Shown: one piece after another, positions 36,200-45,568 of the stretch
Layout: each line of letters begins with the position of its first letter
Numbering within the stretch: position 1 is the stretch's first letter
NCBI GenBank assembly: GCA_964601395.1
Contig: CAZRNL010000001.1
Location: forward strand, 1-47,787
Origin: an uncultured Silicimonas sp.
GTDB lineage: Bacteria; Pseudomonadota; Alphaproteobacteria; Rhodobacterales; Rhodobacteraceae
Direction of reading: 5' to 3'
DNA length: 47,787 nucleotides
The notes under the pieces: model-generated
What the model was told of the DNA's origin: nothing
Databases searched by the model: none
What the model saw: only the letters and a program-made list of their open reading frames with translations
Made by a program: the position numbers and the translations under genes

Positions 36200-37116
36200 G
36201 TGCGCACCCCGAAAAGTCCGGTCGGACGCCAGATCAGTATTGCACCCATGAGGATATAGATTGCCATTGAGGCGAGCGCCGATCCCGCCGAAGTGGCTGT
36301 CGCCGGATCGGTGAACAGCTTGAAGAGTTCAGGCAGGAAAATACCGCCGAGGGTGTCAGTGAGACCGACAAGTATCGATCCGACCAGCGCGCCCTTGATC
36401 GAGCCGATCCCGCCGATCACGATGACGACGAAGGCCAGGATCAGCACCGGCTCGCCCATGCCGACCTGCACCGACTGGATCGCGCCGACGAAGGCTCCGG
36501 CCAGACCGGCCAGACCGGCGCCCAAGGCGAAAACAAGTGTATAAAGCCGGGAGATATCAACTCCGAGAGCGGAAACCATCTCGCGGTCGTTCTCGCCCGC
36601 GCGGATCTGGATCCCGATCCGGGTGCGGGCGATCAGAAGCCAGAGACCTGCCGCCACCATCAGGCCCGCAACGATGAGCGCCAGACGATACTTCGAGTAC
36701 TCGATGCCCCCGGGCAGAGTGATCGGGCCGGACAACAAGGCGGGTACATCCAGGAACAGCGGGAATGAACCGAAAACCCAGCGGGTCCCCTCGGAAAAGA
36801 TCAGGATCATTGCGAATGTGGCCAGCACCTGGTCAAGATGATCGCGGCCATAAAGCCGTCGGATCACCAGCACCTCGATCACCACTCCGACGATGGCCGA
36901 CGCCATGAGAGCGGCGCCGAGCGCGAGAAGAAATGAACCAGTCGCAGCCGCAACCGCGGCCGCCGCAAAAGCTCCGATCATGTAAAGCGAACCATGCGCG
37001 AGGTTGATGAGCCCCATGACGCCGAAAATCAGCGTCAGCCCCGCGGCCATGAGAAACAGCATGATCCCGAACTGCAAACCGTTCAGGATCTGCTCGATGA
37101 CGAGAATGATCGGCAT
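36196..37116 (-). CDS. HAAT ABC transporter permease (LivH-like)
   Basis: LNGL, GLTLIFGVMGLINLAHG and AFVVIVIGGIGS. Confidence 0.9.
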   Translation of the reverse strand: MPIILVIEQILNGLQFGIMLFLMAAGLTLIFGVMGLINLAHGSLYMIGAFAAAAVAAATGSFLLALGAALMASAIVGVVIEVLVIRRLYGRDHLDQVLATFAMILIFSEGTRWVFGSFPLFLDVPALLSGPITLPGGIEYSKYRLALIVAGLMVAAGLWLLIARTRIGIQIRAGENDREMVSALGVDISRLYTLVFALGAGLAGLAGAFVGAIQSVQVGMGEPVLILAFVVIVIGGIGSIKGALVGSILVGLTDTLGGIFLPELFKLFTDPATATSAGSALASMAIYILMGAILIWRPTGLFGVRT

Positions 37117-37132
37117 GAGGATCTTTCAGAGT

Positions 37133-37160
37133 CGCGCGGGCGGGTTGCCCTGCCCGCGCG
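37133..37160. promoter_or_regulatory. GC-rich stem-loop between the binding-protein and permease genes
   Basis: CGCGCGGGCGGG-TTG-CCCTGCCCGCGCG inverted repeat just after the SBP stop, a typical place for a differential-stability hairpin. Confidence 0.55.
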
Positions 37161-37169
37161 TCGGTCCGA

Positions 37170-38306
37170 TCACATCTTGCAGTCGGCGGCGTAGGCGTCG
37201 GCATGGTTCTCGAGCGCCGGGCCGATCAGCCTGTTGGTGTAGACATCGCCTTCCTTGATGACTTCACGTGCGTAAATGGTTTGTATCGGATGGTGGTTCG
37301 GTCCGAACGAGAACTCCCCCCTCGTGCTGTCGAAATCGGCCGCTTCAAGAGCGGCACGGAAGGCGTCGGCGTTCGACGGTTCGGCGACTGCCAGCGCGGA
37401 CAGAAGCAGGTTCGCAGTATCGAAGCCCTGGCTGGCATAAAGAGATGGCAGGCGCCCGTACTCTGCCTGGAAGGTGGAGACGAAAGCCTTGTTCACCTCG
37501 TTGTCCAGATCCTTGTTCCACTGGCTGGTGTTGACCACGCCCAGGGCGGCATCGCCTACGGCCTGAAGAATTCCCTGATCGAACGAGAACGCAGGCCCGA
37601 TCAGCGGCTTGTCTACCCCGCTGTCGGCGTATTGCTTGAGAAACGAGATTCCCATGCCGCCGGGAAGGAAAAAGAACACGCTGTCGGCCTCGGTCGCGCG
37701 GATCTGCGCAATTTCGGCGGCGTAGTCAGTCTGGCCGAGTTCAGTGTAAAGCTCGGCCGCCAGATCGCCTTTGAAGAACCGCTTGTAGCCGGTCAGGGCG
37801 TCCTTGCCGGCCGGATAGTTCGGAGCAAGGATGAAGCTGTTCCTGTATCCCGCAATGTTCGCATAGGCTCCCGCTGCTTCGTGCAGGTTGTCGTTCTGCC
37901 AGGCGACGTTGAAGTAGTTCGGATGGCACCCGGCTCCGGCCAGCTGCGACGGACCAGCGTTGGGTGACAGGTAGACAACCCCCTGGGCTGTGACGGACGG
38001 CACGACGGCCATGGCGAGGTTCGACCAGATGATACCGGTCATCACGTCGACCTTGTCGGACTGCATCATCCTGTCTGACAGCTGAACCGCGATATCGGGC
38101 TTCTGCTGGTCATCCGCGATAATGACCTCGATGTCATCACGACCGGACTGGTCGATCGCCAGCATGAAGCCGTCACGCACATCGATGCCAAGGCCGGCGC
38201 CGCCACCGGACAGGGTAGTGATCATTCCGACTTTGATGTCGGCCAGTCCAGGCGTTGCGGCGAAGGCTGCGAGCGTTGAGGCCAGCAGGAGTTCTCTGAG
38301 TTTCAC
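37170..38306 (-). CDS. HAAT-family ABC substrate-binding protein (possibly for aromatic acids)
   Basis: GTG start with AGGGAG, signal peptide. IKVGMITTLSG, TGIIWSN, NAGPSQLAG, APNYPAGKD and FFLPGGMG. Confidence 0.85.
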   Translation of the reverse strand: MKLRELLLASTLAAFAATPGLADIKVGMITTLSGGGAGLGIDVRDGFMLAIDQSGRDDIEVIIADDQQKPDIAVQLSDRMMQSDKVDVMTGIIWSNLAMAVVPSVTAQGVVYLSPNAGPSQLAGAGCHPNYFNVAWQNDNLHEAAGAYANIAGYRNSFILAPNYPAGKDALTGYKRFFKGDLAAELYTELGQTDYAAEIAQIRATEADSVFFFLPGGMGISFLKQYADSGVDKPLIGPAFSFDQGILQAVGDAALGVVNTSQWNKDLDNEVNKAFVSTFQAEYGRLPSLYASQGFDTANLLLSALAVAEPSNADAFRAALEAADFDSTRGEFSFGPNHHPIQTIYAREVIKEGDVYTNRLIGPALENHADAYAADCKM

Positions 38307-38456
38307 GGCGGTTCTCCCTGTACGTTCCATTCTGTTGATTGCGAAGGCACCGGAGCCTTCGTGTCTGCAAAAGGATTTGAGACGAAACGGACCGGTTTGG
38401 CCAGAGCCCGATTGAAGTTCGTCAAATCCCCAGACCGAATTCGGCGACGCGGCCAA

Positions 38457-39125
38457 TCAGGTCTCGTGCTTCGGACCATAGCCCGAGAAAGCCTCCAGCA
38501 CTTCATCGATCTCAGCTTCGGAGAGCACCACCGGACTCCCGCCTATCCGGCTCAGGAGGTCAGTCCGCGCAAGCATTTCAAGCTCTTCCATGCGCCACAG
38601 AGCGCGATCAAGCGTTTCGCCGACTACGACTGCACCATGACTGGCCATCAGGCAGCCGTGACGATTCTGCATGGCGTTCAGCACAGCCTGCGCGAGGCCC
38701 TGGTTGCCGAACAGGTGGTACTCGGCCAGCTCGACAGTGTTGCCTCCGAACGCTGCGATCATGTAGTGAACCGCCTCCAGACGGCGCCGCTGCATCGCGA
38801 TTGCAGTGGCGTGCGGCGGATGCGCGTGGACCACGGCCGTCATGTCCGTTTTGGTGGCAAGCAGAGCGCGGTGAAACCGCCATTCGGTCGAGGGCTTCAG
38901 TTGACCCTTCGAAATGGGTTCCTCGCCCAATGGCATCTCGACGATCATGTCGGGTGTCATCTGGTCGTAAGGAACGCCGGACGGTGTGATCAGCATTCGA
39001 TCACCCACGCTTCCCGAACGGAGCGAGATGTTGCCCGAAGTTCCCTGATTGATCCCACGCGCGTTCAGCCAGCGACAAGCTTCGATGATCGATGCCCGAC
39101 GGACCGTATCGGAGACAGAGGCCAG
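38457..39125 (-). CDS. Class II aldolase (FucA-like, Ald2-like next to mtnA)
   Basis: GINQGTSGNIS, ITPSG, PSTEWRFH, VHAHP, HYMIA and ASHG. Probable CTG start. Confidence 0.85.
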   Translation of the reverse strand: MASVSDTVRRASIIEACRWLNARGINQGTSGNISLRSGSVGDRMLITPSGVPYDQMTPDMIVEMPLGEEPISKGQLKPSTEWRFHRALLATKTDMTAVVHAHPPHATAIAMQRRRLEAVHYMIAAFGGNTVELAEYHLFGNQGLAQAVLNAMQNRHGCLMASHGAVVVGETLDRALWRMEELEMLARTDLLSRIGGSPVVLSEAEIDEVLEAFSGYGPKHET

Positions 39126-39130
39126 CGTTC

Positions 39131-40234
39131 CTACTCCGCCGTTCCGGCCATCTCGGGGAAGAGGCCGGCCAATCCTTCGGCGCTGGCTTCGCAGACGCCG
39201 CGTTCGGTGATCAGTCCGGTCACCAGCCGGTTGGGAGTGACGTCGAAAGCCGGATTGCCGCCCGGAGTGCCGTCTGGCGTGACCTGGACATTTCCAATCC
39301 CGCCCGATTCCGTCCGGCCCTGTATGTGCGTCGTCTCCCGCGCGTCCCTTTCCTCGATCGGAATCTCGGCGACCCCGTCTTCCACCGACCAGTCTATGGT
39401 CGGAGACGGCAGCGCGACGTAGAACGGAACACCATTGTCCCGCGCCGCCAGAGCCTTGAGGTAAGTTCCGATCTTGTTGCAGACATCGCCGCGTCGCGTT
39501 GTCCGGTCTGTTCCAGTGATGACCATGTCGACCAGTCCATGTTGCATCAGGTGACCGCCCGCGTTGTCGGTTATGTAAGTGTGTGGAATCCCGTGGCTTC
39601 CCAGTTCCCAAGATGTCAGCGCGCCCTGATTGCGGGGGCGGGTTTCGTCCACCCAGACGTGCAGGTCGATGCCAGCGTCGTGGGCCTGATACATCGGGCT
39701 TGTGGCCGTCCCCCAATCGACGGTGGCGATCCAGCCTGCGTTGCAGTGGGTCAAAAGGCGGACAGGTTCGCCCTTGGGCTTGCTTGCGGCAAACTCGCGG
39801 ATCAGGTGCAACCCATGCTCGCCGATGCGACGGTTGATATCGACATCCTCGTCCGCGATTTCATGCGCCAGCCTTATCGACGCCGCCGCCCTATCCGACG
39901 CTGGTATCGGCTTCAACGCATCGCGGCAGCGGGTCAGAGCCCAGCTCAGGTTGATCGCCGTCGGCCTTGTCGCGTTAAGGAATGTCCAAACCCGGTCGAT
40001 GTTCGCTTCGGACGGATCCAGCTTCATCGCCAAAGCCATCCCGTAAGCCGCCGTCGCCCCAATCAGAGGAGCGCCTCGAACCCGCATCTCGGTGATCGCT
40101 GTCGCGAAATCCTCCAGCGTGTCGACCTGCTGGGTGCGGAAGTCGTGCGGCAACCAGCGCTGGTCGATGATCTGCATGGCGCCGGCATTTTCGTCCCACC
40201 AGAGCGACCGATAATGCTTTCCGTCGACCTTCAC
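39131..40234 (-). CDS. mtnA: S-methyl-5-thioribose-1-phosphate isomerase
   Basis: [47 protein letters not shown] and [11 protein letters not shown] start with AAGGA. Confidence 0.93.
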   Translation of the reverse strand: MKVDGKHYRSLWWDENAGAMQIIDQRWLPHDFRTQQVDTLEDFATAITEMRVRGAPLIGATAAYGMALAMKLDPSEANIDRVWTFLNATRPTAINLSWALTRCRDALKPIPASDRAAASIRLAHEIADEDVDINRRIGEHGLHLIREFAASKPKGEPVRLLTHCNAGWIATVDWGTATSPMYQAHDAGIDLHVWVDETRPRNQGALTSWELGSHGIPHTYITDNAGGHLMQHGLVDMVITGTDRTTRRGDVCNKIGTYLKALAARDNGVPFYVALPSPTIDWSVEDGVAEIPIEERDARETTHIQGRTESGGIGNVQVTPDGTPGGNPAFDVTPNRLVTGLITERGVCEASAEGLAGLFPEMAGTAE

Positions 40235-40397
40235 GACATGTTCCTTCTGAGATTCTCTCCGGCGCGTCGAATTATCCTGCTGGAAATGGACACACGAGAC
40301 GCAGGCTGACAAGGGTGAATCAACTTTGCCGGTGCTCTGCCACCAGTGTCCGAACAATCGGAACGCGTCGGACATCCAAATGATGTCAGGAGGCGGA

Positions 40398-40415
40398 TAT
40401 CTGACATGTCAGATA
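40398..40415. promoter_or_regulatory. Operator palindrome TATCTGACATGTCAGATA (candidate GntR site)
   Basis: Perfect 18-bp palindrome in the divergent mtnA / DHDPS-gntR intergenic region. Confidence 0.75.
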
Positions 40416-40469
40416 GACGTTCAGTCACACATGCGATACAGTGAGAGCGAATCCATGGGAGAGTGTATC

Positions 40470-41330
40470 TTGGCCAAGTTCGGAATCTCAGTTGCGTTAC
40501 TGACGCCGTTCACCGAATCCGGCGAGATCGACGCGCCACTCCTTGTAGGCCATGTCAAGAAACTCCTGTCAGAGGGCGCCGATGGAGTCACACTCTATGG
40601 CACGACCGGTGAAGGCGCTTCCATCGGACAAGTCGAGCGCGCCGTCGGGATCTCCGCGCTCCGCAATGCCGGAATCTCCGGCGACAAGATCACGCTCGGG
40701 GTTTGCGCGACTTCGCTTGGCGATGCGGTCGTTCAGGTCGAACAGGGCTTGGAGCATGGCGTCACTCAATTCCTTCTGTTGCCACCATTCTATTTCAAGG
40801 GATGCAGCGACGACGGCCTTTTCGATTGGCATGCCGCGCTCTTCCGACGCACGGACCCGAAGGCTCACTTCATTCTTTATCACATTCCACAGGTCACCGG
40901 CGTTCCCTTGTCGCCCAGGCTGGTCGAACGTCTGTTTGCCGCTTTTCCCGAGCGTATTCGGGCGATCAAGGACAGCTCCGGCGACTGGGACAATGCCTTA
41001 GCCCTGCTTCACCTGGGCAGCCTGACTGTGCTTGTGGGCGACGAACGTTTGCTGCACCGGGCTGCGGCCCTGGGGGCCGGAGGAGCAATCACGGGGATGG
41101 CTAATCTTTATCCGGCTCGTATGAAGCGACTGTTCGAAACCGCGACCGAGGACAAGGCGCTCTCGGACGAAGTTTCGCAGATCGTCGCAGGGCCCGTCAT
41201 TCCGGCGCTGAAGGCTATCCTGGCGACGCGAAACGCCGAGCCAGCCTGGGAACGTTTGCGCCCGCCGCTGACAGCGCTCGACGCCGAAGCGCGCGCGGCA
41301 ATTCTGGCACTGCGCGCACAGGTCGCCTGA
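40470..41330 (+). CDS. Dihydrodipicolinate synthase/N-acetylneuraminate lyase family aldolase or dehydratase
   Basis: ALLTPF, GTTGEG, PPFYF, LYHIPQ and IKDSSG (Schiff-base Lys). TTG start with GGAGAG upstream. Confidence 0.88.
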   Translation: MAKFGISVALLTPFTESGEIDAPLLVGHVKKLLSEGADGVTLYGTTGEGASIGQVERAVGISALRNAGISGDKITLGVCATSLGDAVVQVEQGLEHGVTQFLLLPPFYFKGCSDDGLFDWHAALFRRTDPKAHFILYHIPQVTGVPLSPRLVERLFAAFPERIRAIKDSSGDWDNALALLHLGSLTVLVGDERLLHRAAALGAGGAITGMANLYPARMKRLFETATEDKALSDEVSQIVAGPVIPALKAILATRNAEPAWERLRPPLTALDAEARAAILALRAQVA

Positions 41331-41331
41331 G

Positions 41332-41985
41332 ATGTCCGAACCCGCGACCAGACTGCGCGATCACGCCTATTCCAGCTTCACCGAGATGCTGCTGTCGCGT
41401 GATATCCAGCCTGGTCAGTTCGTGTCCCAGCGCGAACTCGTCGACCTGACGGGCATGCCGCTGGGCGCCATCCGGGAGATGATCCCTAGGCTGGAAGCCG
41501 ACGGACTGATCCGCACATCGCCGAAGCGCGGTCTTCAGATACTGTCTATCGATCTCGACCTGATCCGAAACGCTTTTCAGCTTCGTCGCATCATCGAGGG
41601 GGAGGCCTTCGCGGACTTCTGTGAAACGGCGAGCGACGAAGACATCAGTCGCATCCGCGAAGAGCACAAGACGATCCGCGACGAGGCCAAACGAGGCGTG
41701 ACACCCGACCTGCTGAGCCGCGCCCAGAAAATGGACTGGGCGCTGCACGATCACGTCGTGGATCACATGGGAAACCGGATCATTTCGGACATTCACCGGA
41801 TCAACGCGCTCAAGATCAGATTGATACGGAACGCAGACACGCGGATGCTGCCTGAACTTGTCGTGTCCGTGATGGAGGAGCACATGAAGATCGTCAAAGC
41901 CCTGGTCGCCCGTGACAAGGCCGCGACGGTCGCAGCGATACACGCCCATATCGACAGTGCCAAAAGGAGGGCTCTGGGCGTTTGA
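41332..41985 (+). CDS. GntR-family regulator (FCD domain)
   Basis: PGQFVSQREL...AIRE...LEADGL winged HTH, with C-terminal DWALH and EH..I..AL. Confidence 0.88.
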   Translation: MSEPATRLRDHAYSSFTEMLLSRDIQPGQFVSQRELVDLTGMPLGAIREMIPRLEADGLIRTSPKRGLQILSIDLDLIRNAFQLRRIIEGEAFADFCETASDEDISRIREEHKTIRDEAKRGVTPDLLSRAQKMDWALHDHVVDHMGNRIISDIHRINALKIRLIRNADTRMLPELVVSVMEEHMKIVKALVARDKAATVAAIHAHIDSAKRRALGV

Positions 41986-42038
41986 ACACCCCGGAGGGGG
42001 ATAAATGGGGGAAGCCCCGCACAGTGGAGGAAAACTAC

Positions 42039-43034
42039 ATGAAATTCACGTTTACCCGTCGGTCGATAGCAGTTCTGACTGCTGCGGCCATTGCTATGCC
42101 GGTCATGGCGCAGGACAAGATCACGCTTCGCATGTCCACGCCTGCGTCCGAGACCGACCAGCGGTCAGTTGCCCTGGCCGAGGTGTTCGGACCCGCGGTC
42201 GCGGAGTTCGCCAACTACGAGCCGCACTATAACGCCTCGCTTGTCGCGCAGGGCTCGGAGCTTGAGTCCATTGCCTCGGGCGATCTGGAAATGTCGATTG
42301 CCTCGGCACAGGAACTGGCAACTTTCTTCCCCGAATTCTCGATCTTCGCGACCGGGTATGTACACCAGGACGCGGCTCACCAGGTGGCCGTATTCAACGA
42401 CCCGCTGATGGACTCGTTCAAGCAGACGGTCGAGGATGAACTCGGCGTCAAGCTTCTGGCAGTCATGTACCTGGGACGCCGTCACGTGAACCTGCGGCAG
42501 TGCAAGGACGAGCTTGAGGTGAAGACACCCGCCGACCTGGCCGGTGTGAACCTGCGGATGCCGGGCACCGACGCCTGGCAATTCCTGGGCAAGGCACTTG
42601 GTGCGAACCCGACGCCAATGGCTTTCACCGAGATCTATACCGCTCTTCAGACCGGCTCGGTCGATGGGCAGGACAATCCGCTTCCGACAGTCGTGGACGC
42701 CAAGTTCTATGAGGTGACCTGCCAGATCGCGCTGACATCGCATCTTGTCGACCTGAACTATGTCGCTTTCTCGAAATCTGTCTGGGACGGTCTGACGTCC
42801 GAACAACAGGCAACGGTGCAGGAAGCGGCAGAAGCGGCGGCCGAGTCCGGTCGCCAGAACCAGCTTGCAAAGGAAGAAGAGCTTGTCTCGTTCCTGCGCG
42901 AGAACGGTCTTGAAGTCTACGAACCCGACCTCAAGGCATTCCGCGAGCATGTTCAGGCCCAGTATGTCGGCTCGGAATTCGCCGCGTCCTGGCCTGATGG
43001 CGTTCTCGAGAAGATCAACTCCCTCGGTAATTGA
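42039..43034 (+). CDS. dctP: TRAP transporter substrate-binding protein
   Basis: Signal peptide, GRRH, LRMP, GANPTPM, EIYTALQTGSVDGQDNP and FYEV. Confidence 0.92.
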   Translation: MKFTFTRRSIAVLTAAAIAMPVMAQDKITLRMSTPASETDQRSVALAEVFGPAVAEFANYEPHYNASLVAQGSELESIASGDLEMSIASAQELATFFPEFSIFATGYVHQDAAHQVAVFNDPLMDSFKQTVEDELGVKLLAVMYLGRRHVNLRQCKDELEVKTPADLAGVNLRMPGTDAWQFLGKALGANPTPMAFTEIYTALQTGSVDGQDNPLPTVVDAKFYEVTCQIALTSHLVDLNYVAFSKSVWDGLTSEQQATVQEAAEAAAESGRQNQLAKEEELVSFLRENGLEVYEPDLKAFREHVQAQYVGSEFAASWPDGVLEKINSLGN

Positions 43035-43043
43035 GCGACAAGC

Positions 43044-43067
43044 GGCGGGCGGCTAAGGCTGCCCGTC
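43044..43067 (+). promoter_or_regulatory. Stem-loop between dctP and dctQ
   Basis: GGCGGGCGGC-TAAG-GCTGCCCGTC imperfect inverted repeat just after the dctP stop. Confidence 0.45.
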
Positions 43068-43090
43068 CATTTCCAACCGGGATATCCGAC

Positions 43091-43654
43091 ATGACACGCA
43101 CGCTGTCTATCTTGCGACGCGCGGCTGAACTTTTCGTCGGCACGCTGATGGCGTTGATGTTCCTGACATTCGTTCTTCAAATCACGGTCCGATACACGGC
43201 GCGCCTGCAATGGGTGACCGAAGCCTTGCCCTTCCTGGAACCCTCGCTGTACGGCTGGACTTTGGAATTTTGCCTGTTGCTCTGGGTCTGGATCATCTTT
43301 GCCGGATGCGCGTTCGTCGTCCGGGATCAAGACCATGTCACTTTCGATGTTCTTTACAACCATGTGCGCCCGTCGGTGAGGCGCTGGTTCATCATCATCG
43401 GAGGTATTGCGGTTATCGTCGGACTTCTGGCGTCACTTGGACCCACATGGGACAGGTTCCATATCCTTCGGTTGAAGAAGACCGCCACTCTGTCGGGACT
43501 GTTCGGTGACTGGATCCGAATGCGGGACATTTACATCGTTTATGCCGTTTTTCTTGTCGCGGTGCCAATTCGTTATGCCTGGGCCGTCTGGAACGCCATT
43601 CGCGGCAGCTATGGTCAACCGGTACACCATGGCCAGGGGCGACTGGACGAATGA
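43091..43654 (+). CDS. dctQ: TRAP transporter small permease
   Basis: About 4 TM segments, QITVRY, WTLE and HVTFD. Confidence 0.88.
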   Translation: MTRTLSILRRAAELFVGTLMALMFLTFVLQITVRYTARLQWVTEALPFLEPSLYGWTLEFCLLLWVWIIFAGCAFVVRDQDHVTFDVLYNHVRPSVRRWFIIIGGIAVIVGLLASLGPTWDRFHILRLKKTATLSGLFGDWIRMRDIYIVYAVFLVAVPIRYAWAVWNAIRGSYGQPVHHGQGRLDE

Positions 43655-44946
43655 GCACCGAGTTCCTTCTCTGCATCGGCGCGATCTTTTTCCTGGCAGG
43701 AATAGGCCTTCCAATTGCCTATTCGATCCTTGTTGCATCGCTGGTCTACCTTGCCGCCGCGGGTCAAAGCATCGGCATCGCAGGCAAAGTTCTGATGGAC
43801 GGGCTTTACCAAAGTTTCATCCTGCTGGCCGTACCGCTGTTCATTGTGGCGGCGAACATCATGAATGCCGGTACGATCAGCGACAAGCTGCTGGGCTTCT
43901 GCGTAGCACTGGTCGGCCGTTTCCGCGGAGGGCTGGGACATGTCAACGTCGTTGCCTCGCTGATTTTCTCCGGAATGTCCGGCTCGGCGGTCGCTGACGC
44001 GGCTGGAATCGGCAAGATCATCATCCAGATGATGACCCGCTCGGGCCATTACACGCGTGGCTACGCGGCTGCGATCACGGCGGCCTCGGCGACCATCGGC
44101 CCCATCATCCCGCCGTCGATTCCAATGGTGCTCTATGCGCTCGTCTCAAATACCTCGATCGGCTACCTGTTTCTGGGCGGCATCGTACCGGGGATCTTGA
44201 TGGGTGCGGTCCTGATGACGATGAACACGTGGATCTCGCACCGGCGCGGGTTTCTTTTGGAAGACCCAGTACCGCTTCGCGAGCTCCCACAGAAGACACT
44301 GACCGCATTCCCTGCCCTGCTGATGCCGGCGATCCTACTCTATGGCATCTACGGAGGTGTGACGACGCCGACCGAAGCGGCAGCCGTCGCGGCTTTCTAC
44401 GCGCTGTTGCTCGCCGCCATCTTCTATCGTGCCCTGAGCGTTCGGGCACTTGTCGACATCCTTGTCGAAAGCGCCCGGTCCTCGGCCGCCGTCGGCCTTG
44501 TCATCGGCGGTGCGCTGATCCTGAATTATGTGGTCGCTTCGGAGAACATTCCAACCATCCTGGCAGCCAAGCTGGTCGACCTGGACGTGCACCCGCTGGT
44601 TTTTCTACTCGGCGTAAACATCCTGCTGCTGCTTCTGGGCTGCGTTCTGGATGCGACGACGATCATTCTTGTGATCATTCCGCTGTTCTTGCCGACATGC
44701 CGCGATCTGGGAATAGACCTTGTCCACTTTGGCGTTGTGGCCGTAGTGAATTGCATGATCGGGCTTATCACCCCGCCCTATGGCATTCTGCTGTTCGTTA
44801 TCAACGCGGTTACGCGCATCCCGCTGGCAGAAATCATAGCTGAAATCTGGTTGTTTCTGGCCGTCCTGATCGCGGCGCTGGCAGCGATGATCCTGTTCCC
44901 GGAAATCGTCCTCTGGCTGCCACGGACTTTCGGTTACGCCGGCTGA
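43651..44946 (+). CDS. dctM: TRAP transporter large permease
   Basis: Motifs LAVPLFI, SGMSGSAVADAA, IIPPSIP, TPTEAAAV and ITPPYG. Confidence 0.93.
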   Translation: MSTEFLLCIGAIFFLAGIGLPIAYSILVASLVYLAAAGQSIGIAGKVLMDGLYQSFILLAVPLFIVAANIMNAGTISDKLLGFCVALVGRFRGGLGHVNVVASLIFSGMSGSAVADAAGIGKIIIQMMTRSGHYTRGYAAAITAASATIGPIIPPSIPMVLYALVSNTSIGYLFLGGIVPGILMGAVLMTMNTWISHRRGFLLEDPVPLRELPQKTLTAFPALLMPAILLYGIYGGVTTPTEAAAVAAFYALLLAAIFYRALSVRALVDILVESARSSAAVGLVIGGALILNYVVASENIPTILAAKLVDLDVHPLVFLLGVNILLLLLGCVLDATTIILVIIPLFLPTCRDLGIDLVHFGVVAVVNCMIGLITPPYGILLFVINAVTRIPLAEIIAEIWLFLAVLIAALAAMILFPEIVLWLPRTFGYAG

Positions 44947-44964
44947 AGCCGTTGCCGCCCCGTA

Positions 44965-45432
44965 TCAGGCTTTCAGGAGCTTCAAAATTGCGGGTTGCTT
45001 GCGGGGCTCCTTCGCAAGCTCCCGCAATAGAATGGAAAGTTCTTCTTCCTTCACCAGTCGCGCCGCCTTCTTGGGCGAAAACCAATGACGCCGACGATGT
45101 TTGCGTTCCTTCCATCGCGGCTTCAGTTTCTCGACGAACATCGGGTAAACGGTCACGCGCGACCTGAGCTTCAGGGTCTTCTTCTTCTTGATGTAGTGGT
45201 AGACGCCGATTTTCTCTTTCGAGACGTACCCGACTGCCCCCGCCTCCTCCAGCGCTTCGATTTCAGCCGCGGCCCATGGTTTCTTGCCGCTCATGTGCCA
45301 ACCCTTCGGCATGACCCAGCGACCGGTATCGCGGGACGTGACCATCAGGACGCGAAGCTCTCCCTTCCTGTCCCAACGGATCGGAAGCGCAGCGATCTGA
45401 TGGACTAGATCATCGGGTCCGGACATGGGCAT
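44965..45432 (-). CDS. NUDIX hydrolase (Ddp1/Ap6A-hydrolase-like)
   Basis: VLMVTSRDTGRWVMPKG, Nudix box AAEIEALEEAG and W.E...RRR.W. Confidence 0.85.
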   Translation of the reverse strand: MPMSGPDDLVHQIAALPIRWDRKGELRVLMVTSRDTGRWVMPKGWHMSGKKPWAAAEIEALEEAGAVGYVSKEKIGVYHYIKKKKTLKLRSRVTVYPMFVEKLKPRWKERKHRRRHWFSPKKAARLVKEEELSILLRELAKEPRKQPAILKLLKA

Positions 45433-45568
45433 TTCCCGTCGTCATGGTTCTTGTTCTGGCAGAGTAGGACGTCTGCCAAACGGTACGGAAATTTCAAGCG
45501 ACGATGTTGGATCATCAGAGTCGTCGCGCGCCTTTATGCGATTGCCGTCGAGCTCCAATGCAAAGCAA

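Noticed and set aside
38457-39716. 419-aa ORF suggesting a long aldolase or a fusion
   Set aside because: The N-terminal extension is an alternative frame inside mtnA. Family similarity begins only near 39125.
40470-41330. Calling the DHDPS-family gene dapA
   Set aside because: It sits in a catabolic TRAP/GntR context and shows only family-level motifs.
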